Positions 17,143 to 27,248 of a DNA stretch of 64,000 bases are shown here, piece after piece. The notes under the pieces are model-generated. The model was not told the origin of the DNA. It saw only the letters and a program-made list of their open reading frames with translations, and did not search any database. Both the position numbers and the translations under genes were made by a program. Positions within the stretch are counted from its first letter, which is position 1. Each line of letters opens with the position of its first letter. The stretch covers positions 25,753-89,752 of the forward strand of contig JALHDC010000002.1 of the NCBI GenBank assembly GCA_022840695.1, read 5' to 3'. The DNA comes from a bacterium. Lineage in GTDB: Bacteria; Patescibacteriota; Dojkabacteria; SC72.

Positions 17143-18438
17143 ATGAAAAATAATATAAATACACAACCAATGCCAGGATTCATGGAACTACTACCACAAC
17201 AACAGATGGTATTTAATAATATGATCAAAACCATAAGGGAGGTATATGAGCTATATGGATTTAGACCAATAGAGACACCGTTATTAGAACGATCAGAGGT
17301 CCTTTTGGCAAAAGGAAGTGGAGAAACAGATAAACAAATATATAGATTTAAAAAAGGAGATGCAGATATATCCCTTAGGTTTGACTTAACAGTACCATTA
17401 GCTAGATATGTAGCAAACAATCAAAATGATTTGGTATTTCCATTCAAGATAGGGAACATTGGTAAGGTATACAGAGGAGAAAAACCACAAGCAGGAAGAT
17501 TTAGAGAATTCTATCAATGTGATTTCGATGTAATAGGCAGAGAAGAATTACCAATATCATATGATGCAGAGATAGTAGCAATGATATATCAAATGTTTAC
17601 TAAATTAGGATTAAACAATTTAAAAATTAAAATCAATAACAGGAAAGTATTAAATGGATTCTTTAGAAGTCTAAGTATTTCCAACTCTCAAGATATTCTT
17701 AGAATAATAGATAAGATTGAGAAAATTGGAAAAGGAAAAGTAGAGGAAGAATTAAAAGGTATAGGAGTATCAAAAGATACTGTAGAAAAAATCTTAAATT
17801 TCTTGAATATAAAAGAGGATGTTGTAAAAAAGTTAAAAAATTTAGACATAGAAGATGAAGAGTTCAAAAAAGGAGTAGAAGAATTAGAGTATGTACAAAA
17901 TCAGGTTGAGATATTTGAAATACCAAAAGAAGCATTTGAAATAGATTTAACTATTGCAAGAGGATTAGACTACTATACAGGAACTGTATACGAAACAATC
18001 CTAAACAACTATCCTAATTTTGGTTCAGTATGCTCTGGTGGAAGATATGACAACCTTACATCCTTCTATACTTCTAATAACTATCCAGGAGTAGGGTGTA
18101 GCATAGGCCTTACAAGGCTATTTGATTGTTTACTAAAAAATAATCTTCTTGATATTAAAACAGAAACAGATACCCAACTTCTAGTTATAGGTATGGATGG
18201 ATACGAAAACAATGCTACAAAATTAGGAACTGATTTAAGAAAAGAAAATATCAATACAGAAGTTATGAATAGCCTAAAGAACGGTCTTAAATATGCAAAC
18301 AGATTAAAGATACCTATTGTTGTGATAATAGGGGAACAAGAAGCAAAGAGTAACAGCTTTACTGTAAAAGATATGAATAGTGGTCAACAAAGTACTTTAA
18401 AATATGATGCTTTATTAAAATATCTTAGAGCTAATTAA
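17143..18438 (+). CDS. hisS: histidine--tRNA ligase
   Basis: class II aaRS motifs (GRFREFYQCDFD, GGRYDNL) and C-terminal anticodon-binding domain. Confidence 0.9.
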   Translation: MKNNINTQPMPGFMELLPQQQMVFNNMIKTIREVYELYGFRPIETPLLERSEVLLAKGSGETDKQIYRFKKGDADISLRFDLTVPLARYVANNQNDLVFPFKIGNIGKVYRGEKPQAGRFREFYQCDFDVIGREELPISYDAEIVAMIYQMFTKLGLNNLKIKINNRKVLNGFFRSLSISNSQDILRIIDKIEKIGKGKVEEELKGIGVSKDTVEKILNFLNIKEDVVKKLKNLDIEDEEFKKGVEELEYVQNQVEIFEIPKEAFEIDLTIARGLDYYTGTVYETILNNYPNFGSVCSGGRYDNLTSFYTSNNYPGVGCSIGLTRLFDCLLKNNLLDIKTETDTQLLVIGMDGYENNATKLGTDLRKENINTEVMNSLKNGLKYANRLKIPIVVIIGEQEAKSNSFTVKDMNSGQQSTLKYDALLKYLRAN

Positions 18439-18650
18439 AGGATCTCAACAATCTTCTCTTTACTTCTTAATCCATGTTTAATAGACACATTGCCTTTTGG
18501 TACATTAAAGAATTTTGATAATTGATTGATTACAGAAATATTAGCTCTATTTTCCTTCGCTGGTTCCTTAGTATGAACAATATATAATCCATTTTTCAAA
18601 ACTATATTATTTTCTTTTGAGTTACTCTTAACCCTTATTCTAATAATCAT
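18435..18650 (-). CDS. DUF167 (YggU-like) protein
   Basis: 71 aa, KEPAKENRAN core similar to DUF167 (ApAxxGxAN); convergent 4-nt overlap with hisS. Confidence 0.55.
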   Translation of the reverse strand: MIIRIRVKSNSKENNIVLKNGLYIVHTKEPAKENRANISVINQLSKFFNVPKGNVSIKHGLRSKEKIVEIL

Positions 18651-18684
18651 TTTAAAACAAATTATACATTACTTTAGAAAATAT

Positions 18685-18713
18685 TTGACACAATTTAAAA
18701 CAAATTGTATATT
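18685..18713 (+). promoter_or_regulatory. near-consensus sigma70 promoter TTGACA-17-TGtATATT for the ABC importer/upp operon
   Basis: TTGACA 18685-18690, 17-nt spacer, extended -10 TG at 18706-18707 plus TATATT 18708-18713. Confidence 0.45.
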
Positions 18714-18717
18714 GTAT

Positions 18718-18739
18718 TCTTAGAGTGACTACTCTAAGA
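18718..18739. promoter_or_regulatory. operator-like perfect palindrome TCTTAGAGT-N4-ACTCTAAGA overlapping the predicted transcription start
   Basis: 9-bp inverted repeat with 4-nt spacer immediately downstream of the -10 element. Confidence 0.4.
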
Positions 18740-18760
18740 AAAACAAAAACAACTAGAAAT

Positions 18761-19582
18761 ATGATAATTCAAAAAGACCTGAGCGGTCTTTTTTTTTGGT
18801 TTAAAAAGAGTAATTTAGTAAAAATATTTAAAACAATTCTCTTTTTAACAATATTACTATTAACATGGGAATTAATTATTACGAAGTTTAATATTCCAAA
18901 AAGAATAATACCGAAACCTACAGATCTATTTAATTTTCTACAACAGGAATTCTTAAATTCAAAATCAACAACCGTCCTTACTAAATCCATATTTAGTTTC
19001 AAAGATGCTTTAATTGGATTTTTCCTTTCTCTATTGGTAGGAACAGGGATAGGTATTACACTTTCAAAGAGTAAAACAGTAGATGCAATACTTTTTCCTT
19101 TCCTCTTTTTAACTCAGATAGTACCAGTTCCTGCATTAGCACCTGTACTAGCCGCAATACTTGGATATGGACAAACAACTAAAATATTTTTGATTGTTCT
19201 GTTTACAATATTTCCGATAGCTGTAATTATTAAAAATGCCATTCTTAACATTCCTGAAAATTACACACTACTCCTTCATACCTATACAAGAAAAAGATTT
19301 GCAATATTTAAACATCTAATACTTCCTTCTTTAGTCCCTCCTTTACTCTCTGTCATGAAAATAGTCGCCACATCTAGTATTGTTGCAACAATCATTACAG
19401 AACTACCTCTTTCTGTTAAAAATGGTATTGGAAAAGATATATATAATTCATTTAACAATCAATTAATTCCAAGAGTTTGGGTTAGTGTAATAATCATTTC
19501 AATCATATCGCTTCTCTTTTTCAACTGTATATCATTTTTTGAAAAATATATAACCTCAAAATATAAATATGGTCAATACTAA
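18761..19582 (+). CDS. ABC transporter permease (NitT/TauT family)
   Basis: multi-TM with BPD-transport EAA-like loop; ATG 18761 preferred over GTG 18725, which lies inside the palindrome. Confidence 0.75.
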   Translation: MIIQKDLSGLFFWFKKSNLVKIFKTILFLTILLLTWELIITKFNIPKRIIPKPTDLFNFLQQEFLNSKSTTVLTKSIFSFKDALIGFFLSLLVGTGIGITLSKSKTVDAILFPFLFLTQIVPVPALAPVLAAILGYGQTTKIFLIVLFTIFPIAVIIKNAILNIPENYTLLLHTYTRKRFAIFKHLILPSLVPPLLSVMKIVATSSIVATIITELPLSVKNGIGKDIYNSFNNQLIPRVWVSVIIISIISLLFFNCISFFEKYITSKYKYGQY

Positions 19583-20354
19583 AGCAATAGAAGTGAAGAG
19601 ATTAAGTGCTGATTTCAAAGGAGATGGTAAAGATTTAAATGTTTTAAGTAATATTAATTTTACAATATCCAAAGGATCATTTAATTGCATAATCGGTCCC
19701 TCTGGATGTGGGAAATCAACTCTATTTAGACTTCTAAGTGGATTACCCACAAGAGATTCTTGCAAAATATCAGGAAGTATTAGAGTTTTAGGTAAAAAGC
19801 CAGAAACTGCATCAAGGAATAGGGAGATAGGCTTAGTATTACAGAAACCTACACTTCTAGAGTGGAGAGATGTCCAAAGTAATATTGCACTTCCATTAGA
19901 GATCATGGGATATACAAAAGAGAAACAGGAAGAAAAAATATCTGAACTGTTAAATCTTTTGGATTTAAATGAATATTCTGAATACAGACCTAGTGAACTA
20001 TCTGGAGGTATGCAGCAAAAAGTTTCAATCGGTAGGGCACTTGCATACGATCCAGAACTACTTTTAATGGATGAACCATTTGGAGCATTGGATGAGATTA
20101 ATAGAAGAAGAATGAATAATGAAATTATTAAGATATGGAGGAAAACAAAAAAGACAATTCTTTTCATAACACATAGCATAGATGAAGCAGTATATCTTTC
20201 TCAAAAAGTTATGGTTCTTTCTAAGAAACCATCGACTATTCACAAAACCATCAATATAGATCTTGAATATCCAAGGGAGAAGGAAGAAAACAGTAGTAAA
20301 TATTTTAAATATATAAAAGAGGTAAGAGGATATCTAAATGAAGCAAGTTGTTAA
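19569..20354 (+). CDS. ABC transporter ATP-binding protein (NitT/TauT family)
   Basis: Walker A GPSGCGKST, signature LSGGMQQKV, Walker B LLLMDEPFGALD; start overlaps upstream permease. Confidence 0.85.
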   Translation: MVNTKAIEVKRLSADFKGDGKDLNVLSNINFTISKGSFNCIIGPSGCGKSTLFRLLSGLPTRDSCKISGSIRVLGKKPETASRNREIGLVLQKPTLLEWRDVQSNIALPLEIMGYTKEKQEEKISELLNLLDLNEYSEYRPSELSGGMQQKVSIGRALAYDPELLLMDEPFGALDEINRRRMNNEIIKIWRKTKKTILFITHSIDEAVYLSQKVMVLSKKPSTIHKTINIDLEYPREKEENSSKYFKYIKEVRGYLNEASC

Positions 20355-21099
20355 AAAAGAATATACATATTTAATATCGATAATTACAATTATTGCTTTT
20401 CTGCTTCTTTGGGAAATACTTTTAAATATATTGGACATATCTAGAGCTGTATTAATTAAACCAACGGAGATACTTAAGACAGCGATATCAGAATATGACA
20501 TTATTCTTAGTGAGCTTCTGTATACAGCAAAGGAAATAATACCGGGGTGGATAATAGGAAATAGTTTGGGATTTTTTGTAGCAGTAACTATTTACAGAAG
20601 ACAAAATATATCAACAAAGTTAGTAAATACATTTGTATTAATAAATTCTGTCCCTTTAATAGCTCTCTCAGCTATATTAGGGGGCATTATGGGAACTAAT
20701 ACAGATCAAAAAATATTAATAGTTTCCTTAGTATTATTTTTTCCCATGTTAATTACAGCACTATCTCAATTAACAACTATAGAAGATGACCATAGAGATC
20801 TTCTTCTTACATACTCTGCATCTCAAAAGGATATTTTTAAGAAAATACTCTTACCAAAATCTCTACCGTTCCTACTTAACTGTATAAAGGTTAGTGTAAT
20901 TACTGCAATATTTACAGCAATCACTGCTGAATTTTTCGGAGGATATGGTGGTATAGGGATATTCATACTTTCAAAAAAAGGACTATATAACTTACCTTTA
21001 GTATGGGCAAGCATATTTTACATAGCGATATTTGGAACTATCTTTTATTTTTCTGTTGAGGCTTTGCAAAAAAAGTTAACACCTTGGCAGAGATCATAG
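20338..21099 (+). CDS. ABC transporter permease (second)
   Basis: 6-TM permease, overlapping start with the ATPase gene. Confidence 0.75.
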   Translation: MKQVVKKEYTYLISIITIIAFLLLWEILLNILDISRAVLIKPTEILKTAISEYDIILSELLYTAKEIIPGWIIGNSLGFFVAVTIYRRQNISTKLVNTFVLINSVPLIALSAILGGIMGTNTDQKILIVSLVLFFPMLITALSQLTTIEDDHRDLLLTYSASQKDIFKKILLPKSLPFLLNCIKVSVITAIFTAITAEFFGGYGGIGIFILSKKGLYNLPLVWASIFYIAIFGTIFYFSVEALQKKLTPWQRS

Positions 21100-21136
21100 A
21101 TAGTGACATATATATTTAAATTATTAATTATTTAAT

Positions 21137-22180
21137 ATGGAAGAAAAGAATTCTTCTAATTCACTTCTAATTGGAGTGATACTTCTTCTGCTTGTGGCAG
21201 CTGGAGTATATTTTCTCTTTCTGAAAGATTCTCCTGAGAATGAGGAAGAGGGTAAGGATACAGTTACTTTGCAACTTAAATGGATTGAGCAAGCTCAGTT
21301 CATGGGCTTTTTAGTTGCTAGAGAGCTTGGATACTACGAGGATGAAGGTATAGATATTGAGATACTACCAGGAGGAGTTGGTATTAATCCAATAGATGTC
21401 CTAATTGCTGGAGATGCAGATGTAGCTGTAGCATGGACGGGTAATGTACTACCAGCAATATCCCAAGGTGAAGAGTTAGTAAATATTGGACAAGGATTAC
21501 AAAGATCTGCAATGAGATTAATGGCATTAAAAGAAAGTGGTATAGAAAACCCAGAGGATATAGAAGGAAAAAAGATTGGAACATGGCCAGGTGGTAATGA
21601 ATTAGAGCCATATGCATTCATAGAGATGCAAGGATTGGATAAAGATAGAGATGTTACATTGGTAAGTCAGAATTTTGATATGAACCAATTACTAAATGGT
21701 GAAATAGATCTTGCCTCTGCAATGATTTATAACGAATATTGGCTACCAATAGAGCAAGGATATAATGAAGATGATTTCACAGTATTTGATATGGAAGAAG
21801 AGGGTGCAGGCATGCTACAGGATGCTTTATTTGTTAAAAAAGATTTCTTAGATAACAATGAAGATCTTTTAGTAAGATTCCTTAGAGCAAGTATAAAAGG
21901 ATGGGAGTATGCTATAGCAAATCCCGAAGAAGCTGTAGATTTAATGAAATTAGATTTTACTGCTAATGATGTAACTGCAAAAGATCATCAAATTAGAATG
22001 GCACAAGAAACAGCAAAACTATATCAATCTGATGATGGAGCTAGTAAAGGTCTTTTCTACATAAATGAAGAAAAGCTTCAACAAACTGTAGATATTGCTA
22101 CAGAGTATATTGAGGAAGTAAAGAATATAGATATTTCCAAGATATATACTTTGAGTATATGGGAGAAAGCTATACAGTAA
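21137..22180 (+). CDS. ABC transporter substrate-binding protein, NMT1/THI5-like (pyrimidine/sulfonate-type)
   Basis: N-terminal TM anchor, LQLKWIEQAQFMGF...GYYEDEGIDIEI characteristic of NMT1/THI5-like periplasmic binding proteins. Confidence 0.7.
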   Translation: MEEKNSSNSLLIGVILLLLVAAGVYFLFLKDSPENEEEGKDTVTLQLKWIEQAQFMGFLVARELGYYEDEGIDIEILPGGVGINPIDVLIAGDADVAVAWTGNVLPAISQGEELVNIGQGLQRSAMRLMALKESGIENPEDIEGKKIGTWPGGNELEPYAFIEMQGLDKDRDVTLVSQNFDMNQLLNGEIDLASAMIYNEYWLPIEQGYNEDDFTVFDMEEEGAGMLQDALFVKKDFLDNNEDLLVRFLRASIKGWEYAIANPEEAVDLMKLDFTANDVTAKDHQIRMAQETAKLYQSDDGASKGLFYINEEKLQQTVDIATEYIEEVKNIDISKIYTLSIWEKAIQ

Positions 22181-22824
22181 TGAAAAACCTTACTCTTCTT
22201 ACAAATCCAGTTATACAAAGCATTGGATTGAAACTTCATGATAAGGATAACAATCCTCATGAATATAGGGAGTATGCCAGATTATTAGGTCTATACATGG
22301 GTATAGACCTTTCTGGTAGAAGTATACTACCTACAAAAAAAGTTATTTGTAAAACACCACTTGGCTCACTCACATCAGAGGTTATAGATGACAATAAAAT
22401 AGGAATAGTGAATGTATTAAGAGCTGGGACTGGTATGGCATTGGGAGTAGGGGAAGCATTTCCTGAAAGCTGTATTGCCTTTATATCTGCATGGAGAAGA
22501 CAGGAAAACAATACTATTATTGCAGACACGGATTACAATAGAGGGATAGAGGATTTAGATAAAAAAATTGTAATTATAACAGATCCTGCCTTGGCATCTG
22601 GTTCTTCCATACTAGCCTGTATCGATGTAATACATAAGAAAGTAAAACCTAAGAAAATAATAATATGCTGTTTACATGCTGCAACTGAGGGTATAAAAAA
22701 TATAAGAAAGGAGTATCCTGATATTAATATATACTCTGTATTTGGACCTAGTGATTTAAACGAAAAATTCTATATCGTAAATGGTCCTGGAGATTGTGGA
22801 GATAGAAGCTTTAATACAAAGTAG
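22180..22824 (+). CDS. upp: uracil phosphoribosyltransferase
   Basis: PRPP-binding signature VLRAGTGMALGV and ITDPALASGSS; start ATG overlaps SBP stop (TAATG). Confidence 0.85.
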   Translation: MKNLTLLTNPVIQSIGLKLHDKDNNPHEYREYARLLGLYMGIDLSGRSILPTKKVICKTPLGSLTSEVIDDNKIGIVNVLRAGTGMALGVGEAFPESCIAFISAWRRQENNTIIADTDYNRGIEDLDKKIVIITDPALASGSSILACIDVIHKKVKPKKIIICCLHAATEGIKNIRKEYPDINIYSVFGPSDLNEKFYIVNGPGDCGDRSFNTK

Positions 22825-22848
22825 AAATTAAATTAATATTTATACTAT

Positions 22849-23316
22849 ATGAAAGTGCTAGTAAGTGCATGTCTGTTGGGCATTAATAGTAGATATGATG
22901 GTAAAAACAAATTTAATAAAGATCTTCTTTCTTTTTTAATTAATAACAACATAGATTTTTTTCCTCTTTGTGCAGAGCAACTAGGAGGCTTAACAACTCC
23001 AAGAGAACCATCTGAGATAGAGTATGGTTTTACAGCTCAAGATGTTATTGAGGGTAGAGGAAGAGTATTAACAAAAAGTGGAAAAAATGTTACTAAGAAT
23101 TATATCGATGGAGCAAATGAGGTATTAAAATTTTGCAAATCTATAAATATTACTCATGCTATATTAGCTGAAAAAAGCCCGTCTTGTGGATATACAAAAA
23201 CATATGATGGAACATTTAGTGGGATATTAATAGATGGTAATGGAATACTTACTCAATTACTCAAAAACAATGGAATTGCGATTGTAAAAGATATGCAAGA
23301 TTTAAACAAAAGTTAA
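22849..23316 (+). CDS. DUF523 protein, TudS-like (thiouracil desulfidase family, [4Fe-4S])
   Basis: MKVLVSACLLG N-terminus; three Cys positioned as in TudS cluster ligands (SACLLG, FPLCAEQLGG, SPSCGY). Confidence 0.6.
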   Translation: MKVLVSACLLGINSRYDGKNKFNKDLLSFLINNNIDFFPLCAEQLGGLTTPREPSEIEYGFTAQDVIEGRGRVLTKSGKNVTKNYIDGANEVLKFCKSINITHAILAEKSPSCGYTKTYDGTFSGILIDGNGILTQLLKNNGIAIVKDMQDLNKS

Positions 23317-24483
23317 AGCAAAACCTTTCTTACCTGCTCTTCCTGTTCTTCCAATACGATGGATATAATCCTCGTATGATTGAGGCATATCGTAATTAAT
23401 AACATGAGAGATATTATTTACATCTAAACCTCTAGATGCTACATCTGTTGCTATCAACACATCTATGCTTCCTTTCTTGAACCTATCAATTATTCTACTT
23501 CTCTGGCTCTGTTTCTTATTTCCATGTAAAGCTTCTACATATATTTTACATTCCTCCAATTTTTTACATAGATTGTCTGCACCTCTTTTTGTTGCTGTAA
23601 AGACCAATACTTTCTTTACTTCTTCTTTTCCTAATAAATTCTTTAAAACATCAAATTTGTTTTGATCTCTTTCTAATCTAATTACATCCTGATCTACATT
23701 CCTTCCTGGTTCCTGTCTCTCTATTTCAATTCTAATTGGATTATGTAATAAGGTGTTGGCTATTTGCTCTGATTTGTTATTCATAGTGGCTGAGAAGAAT
23801 AGGGACTGTCTTTCTTTCTTAAGACCATCTATTATGAATTTAATATCGTTAATAAATCCCATATCTAACATCCTATCCACTTCATCTAGAATGACATTAT
23901 TTATTGTAGAAAGATTAATTTCTCTTCTTTCTGTTAAATCTTTTAATCTCCCAGGAGTACAAATGATGAATTCTGGATTCCTTCTTAATATACTAATTTG
24001 AGTTCTCATACTGTTTCCACCCATTATTAATACACTATTAATACCTGTGTTTCTTGAAAGTTGTCTAAATTCATCCTGTATTTGCATAGCCAATTCCCTA
24101 GTGGGGACAACTATTAGACATCTACTGTTTCTATCCTTAACAATTTTATTTATCATTGGAATTAAAAATGCTGCAGTTTTACCTGATCCAGTAGTAGCAA
24201 TGCCTAGGATATCTCTTCCACTTAATATCTCAGGTATAGCCTTATACTGTATTTTTGTAGGATGACTATAGCCTTTTTCGTATGCATTTCTTTTTAATAT
24301 CTTAGTGATATCAAATTGAGAATATTCAAAATCATCTACAAACATATTCATAGGCTCACTATCTACAGCCTTAGCTACCAATTTGTCTACCGAGATAGCA
24401 TTTGGCTTATATCGAGATCTTCTTGAATTGTTATTATATCTATTATGGCGATATCCTCCATTACTTCTGTGATAATTTCTCAC
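23302..24483 (-). CDS. DEAD-box ATP-dependent RNA helicase with N-terminal R/N/Y-rich extension
   Basis: Q-motif, TGSGKT, PTRELA, DEVD, SAT, HRIGRTGRAG; 393 aa; ends unusually soon after motif VI. Confidence 0.85.
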   Translation of the reverse strand: MRNYHRSNGGYRHNRYNNNSRRSRYKPNAISVDKLVAKAVDSEPMNMFVDDFEYSQFDITKILKRNAYEKGYSHPTKIQYKAIPEILSGRDILGIATTGSGKTAAFLIPMINKIVKDRNSRCLIVVPTRELAMQIQDEFRQLSRNTGINSVLIMGGNSMRTQISILRRNPEFIICTPGRLKDLTERREINLSTINNVILDEVDRMLDMGFINDIKFIIDGLKKERQSLFFSATMNNKSEQIANTLLHNPIRIEIERQEPGRNVDQDVIRLERDQNKFDVLKNLLGKEEVKKVLVFTATKRGADNLCKKLEECKIYVEALHGNKKQSQRSRIIDRFKKGSIDVLIATDVASRGLDVNNISHVINYDMPQSYEDYIHRIGRTGRAGKKGFALTFV

Positions 24484-24625
24484 GGTTGTATGTATTTATT
24501 TTATTTTCAGTTTCTTATAGATAACCGAATATAAAATTTAAACCGTAAGGTACTTATTTCGTGAATCTACATTAAACGAAGGCTCAGTATACCATTATAT
24601 TGATAATTAGTATATAGCTACTATA

Positions 24626-25024
24626 TTAATGATGATGCTCTTCCTCAGCTTTCATTGCATCTTCTCTTGTAGCATGTACTGTACCCTCTGGGTGATTTGC
24701 AGGAGCATAGATTGTGTATAGCTTTAAATCTCCATCTCCTACATTGATAACATTATGCTTAGATCCTGCGGGTACTATAGCAACCATGTCTTCTTTAACT
24801 ATATTCTCTTCACCATCTATAACGAATTTTGCTTCTCCTTCTTCTACTCTAAAGAACTGATCAACTGTATCATGAACCTCTTCGCCTATATCTTCACCAG
24901 CCTTAAGAGACATAACTACTAATTGCATATGACTACCTGTAAACAATACTTTTCTGAAATTAGAATTTTCTAATGTCTTTTCCTCAATATTATCTATGTA
25001 TCCCATGATTAATAAATATAACAA
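24626..25024 (-). CDS. cupin domain protein
   Basis: 132 aa, conserved cupin barrel motifs, His-rich C-terminus. Confidence 0.55.
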   Translation of the reverse strand: MLYLLIMGYIDNIEEKTLENSNFRKVLFTGSHMQLVVMSLKAGEDIGEEVHDTVDQFFRVEEGEAKFVIDGEENIVKEDMVAIVPAGSKHNVINVGDGDLKLYTIYAPANHPEGTVHATREDAMKAEEEHHH

Positions 25025-25085
25025 TTTAAATATCTATGACTATATTGTACATCATTGTTGAGAAAATTTCCTAAGAGGGTGTAAC

Positions 25086-25628
25086 TTAACCAAATACCTT
25101 TTTAATTAATACCTTCTGTCTTTTAAATAGTGGGTGCTTTTTATCCGTATTAGCTATTATACTTTCATATACATTTCTGTGATACCATTCCTGATCTTCT
25201 CTTCCTCTTTTGAACTTACTCCATACCTCTTCTCCTTCTCTTTGTAAATCAATATATATTGATTCTAGATTATTTATCTTATCTGCACATTCGACTAACT
25301 TTACTTCTATACCTGCATCTTTAACATGATCTATTGTTTCCTGTTTTCTAACTTTCCAAGGCAAACTCTTATCTGATTCAGATACACCATCTACAATATT
25401 AGCTATTTTTTTACCAAATCTTTTCTCAATATCTTCCTTGGTATATGGGGTATCTTCTATAACATCATGTAATAGTCCAGATATAATAATATCATCACAA
25501 CATCCAGCTCTCTGTAATATCATTCCTACTGTAAATGGGTGAAATATCATTGCAACATCTTCCATCTTCCTATTTTGTCCATTGTGTGCCTTAGTTGCAA
25601 AATATATTGCTTTCTCTACCTTATCCAT
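25086..25628 (-). CDS. HD-domain (p)ppGpp hydrolase-like small alarmone hydrolase (Mesh1/RelA-SpoT HD type)
   Basis: AHNGQNRKMEDV...IFHPFTV...LLHDVIEDT motifs matching the RelA/SpoT hydrolase HD domain; 180 aa, no synthetase domain. Confidence 0.7.
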   Translation of the reverse strand: MDKVEKAIYFATKAHNGQNRKMEDVAMIFHPFTVGMILQRAGCCDDIIISGLLHDVIEDTPYTKEDIEKRFGKKIANIVDGVSESDKSLPWKVRKQETIDHVKDAGIEVKLVECADKINNLESIYIDLQREGEEVWSKFKRGREDQEWYHRNVYESIIANTDKKHPLFKRQKVLIKKVFG

Positions 25629-25730
25629 ATATCTATTCTAAAATTTTATTAGTATATCACTTTGTTAGAAATATATTAATTATTTTTGATATGATGTAAT
25701 ATATATTTAACTAAATATATATGTACTGCC

Positions 25731-26255
25731 ATGTTTCTTTCGAATAAAACAATTAGTAAATATATCCAAAAAGGAAAGATTATTGTAAAAGGAAAACTCC
25801 ATATTGAAACAAAGGGCATTACAATGAATTTAGGAAATGAATTATTAATACCCAAACCAAATCAAACTGTAGACACAGAAAGTCCAAAGGAGATTAGGTA
25901 TGAAAAATATGATTTAGAGAAAGAACCATATATACTCAAACCTAATGATTTTGTATTAGGATCTACATTGCAAAATATTAAAACAGGCAAGAATATAATT
26001 ACTATGATAGATGGAAGATCTACATTTGCTAGAGTAGGGATGACTGTACATATCACAGCTTTTGTATTGGATGGGATACCTTTTAACAATGAAAATTCTG
26101 TATTAGAAATAAAGAATCTAGGAAATTGTAATATTGTATTACATAAAGGTGAGCAGATTGGTACATATCTGTTTGCAAAACTAAGTGAAAAGATAGTAGG
26201 GGGAAAAGAAAGTAAGTACGAGGGACAGAATGGTGTAGTTGGAGTAAAGCTTTAA
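25731..26255 (+). CDS. dcd: dCTP deaminase
   Basis: DGRSTFARVGMTVHITA core and C-terminal KYEGQNG resemble Dcd. Confidence 0.75.
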   Translation: MFLSNKTISKYIQKGKIIVKGKLHIETKGITMNLGNELLIPKPNQTVDTESPKEIRYEKYDLEKEPYILKPNDFVLGSTLQNIKTGKNIITMIDGRSTFARVGMTVHITAFVLDGIPFNNENSVLEIKNLGNCNIVLHKGEQIGTYLFAKLSEKIVGGKESKYEGQNGVVGVKL

Positions 26256-26258
26256 ATT

Positions 26259-27248
26259 ATGGAAAAAATATATCCTAAAAAACTCAAGAGGGGAGATAGT
26301 ATAGCAGTAATAGCACCTTCTATGTCGATGGCTTTAATAGGAGATGATTGTAAAACATACTCAAAGAAATATTTTGAAGATGAATTAGGATTAAAAGTAA
26401 CATTTAGTAATAATGCAGAAGAGTTAGATGATTTCAGATCATCCTCTATACAGTCAAGAGTCGAAGATTTACAGAATGCTTTTTTGGATCGCAATATTAA
26501 AGCTATATTCACAATTATTGGAGGTTTTAATTGTAATCAAATGCTAGATTACATAGATTGGGATATTATAAAAAATAATCCGAAAATATTTTGCGGATTT
26601 TCTGATATTACTGCTTTTAATAATGCAATATATGCCAAGACAGGTCTAGTTACATATTCAGGACCTCACTATTCAACATTTGGACAAAAAGAATTAGATC
26701 CATATACACCTGAATATCTAAGAAAATGTCTATTTAAAGATACCTCTTTCGAAATAGTACCAAGCAAAAGATGGACTGACGATGCTTGGTATAGAGATCA
26801 AGATAACAGAAATTATATTGAGAATGATGGATATTGGATTGTAAATGAGGGTAAAGCAGAGGGAACTATTCTGGGAGCCAATCTTTGTACTTTTAATCTA
26901 CTGCAAGGGACACAGTATATGCCTTCTCTTGATAATTCAATACTCTTTTTAGAAGATGACTCAGAATCTAAGCTAGGAAATTTTGATAGAGATTTACATT
27001 CAATAATCCATCAAAAGAATTTTGATAAAGTAAGAGGCATTGTTATTGGTAGATTTCAAAAAAATAGTGATATATCAAAAGAAGAATTTAAGATGATGAT
27101 TAAGAACAAAAGAGAATTAGAAAACATACCAATTGTAGCCAATGTTGATTTTGGTCATACTGATCCCAAAATCGCATTCCCAATTGGGGGAGAGTGTACC
27201 CTCGAGACGATCGATAACAAATGTAAGATTCTAATAACAAAGCATTAA
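26259..27248 (+). CDS. ldcA: LD-carboxypeptidase (peptidase S66, muramoyltetrapeptide carboxypeptidase)
   Basis: IAVIAPSMS nucleophile-region motif, 329 aa. Confidence 0.7.
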   Translation: MEKIYPKKLKRGDSIAVIAPSMSMALIGDDCKTYSKKYFEDELGLKVTFSNNAEELDDFRSSSIQSRVEDLQNAFLDRNIKAIFTIIGGFNCNQMLDYIDWDIIKNNPKIFCGFSDITAFNNAIYAKTGLVTYSGPHYSTFGQKELDPYTPEYLRKCLFKDTSFEIVPSKRWTDDAWYRDQDNRNYIENDGYWIVNEGKAEGTILGANLCTFNLLQGTQYMPSLDNSILFLEDDSESKLGNFDRDLHSIIHQKNFDKVRGIVIGRFQKNSDISKEEFKMMIKNKRELENIPIVANVDFGHTDPKIAFPIGGECTLETIDNKCKILITKH

